A DNA stretch of 64,000 nucleotides, taken from NCBI GenBank assembly GCA_964016885.1, contig OZ024743.1, forward strand, positions 283,650,001-283,714,000, read 5' to 3'. Position numbers and translations under genes: made by a program. The stretch is from Eledone cirrhosa. Taxonomy: Eukaryota. A model generated the notes under the pieces. The model saw only the letters and a program-made list of their open reading frames with translations. It searched no databases and was not told the origin of the DNA. Shown here one piece after another: positions 63,502 to 64,000 of this stretch (position 1 is its first letter; the number at the start of each line of letters is the position of its first letter).

Positions 63502-64000
63502 CTTTATAATAAATCAAATAGAATTCAAAGGGCTCATGAATATTAAATACATGCAACATTATTGCTTTCAGCTAAATTTCTCTTGGATGTTTTAATATAG
63601 TATTATTGCCCCTTTCATAACCCCAAGGATTTTTGTAAGCTTTCCTTCTAAAAAGAAATTCTCTTCAAGATGCTTTGTTTTCGACAATAACAAACAATTG
63701 AATTCTAAAGACAACCATTTATATGCTACTTCATCAGAGTTTTTCTGTTGGAGAAACAAAAGTCTATGCTGGATCTACTTGCCTTCTTCACAAGACATAG
63801 AGTAATGAAATTTTTAGTTTTCCATTGTAATTTACCAACATTGTATAAGGTTTTATGAAATAGCTCCATTTTTAGTACAAGAAACAAAAAAAAAAAAAAT
63901 AATGGCGATAAGTATCCTGAAAGAAAAATTCATACATAAAGACTTGAGCAAAGTGAAGGGGAAAAATCTTAGAAGTTGGAAGAAATTATTTTGAAGGACA

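Overview
This is AT-rich animal genomic DNA. The SINE families, (GAT)n-tailed RTE LINEs and very long (TA)n tracts suggest an octopus or other cephalopod; that is an inference from repeat content only. The one host gene I can support is a + strand, multi-exon PRR5/PRR5L (Protor, HbrB-domain mTORC2 subunit) homologue. Seven phase-compatible core exons lie at 35565-51959, with candidate 5' exons at 560-605 and 24000-24108 and uncertain 3' exons beyond 53.5 kb. About 13.8 kb of 2.5-23.8 kb is irregular (TA)n/TATG array, interrupted by a 200-N scaffold gap, a SINE, a 5'-truncated CR1-like LINE with an open RT frame, and two near-identical RTE LINE copies. One RTE copy is nearly full length, with a single frameshift, and has a PHD-type zinc finger inside its RT domain. 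The introns also hold a long-TIR non-autonomous mariner, a decayed Penelope-like element, a BovB-like RTE, further RTE and CR1-like copies, and many tRNA-derived SINEs, several arranged as inverted pairs. The most notable observations are the PHD-in-RT LINE sitting in TA arrays, the one-strand G polarity of those arrays, a cluster of A-to-G differences in a duplicated LINE 3'UTR, and fold-back or inverted repeats in the pre-mRNA. All long YI/IY ORFs in the track are microsatellite artefacts. Coordinates and identities were read by eye; no database searches were run.
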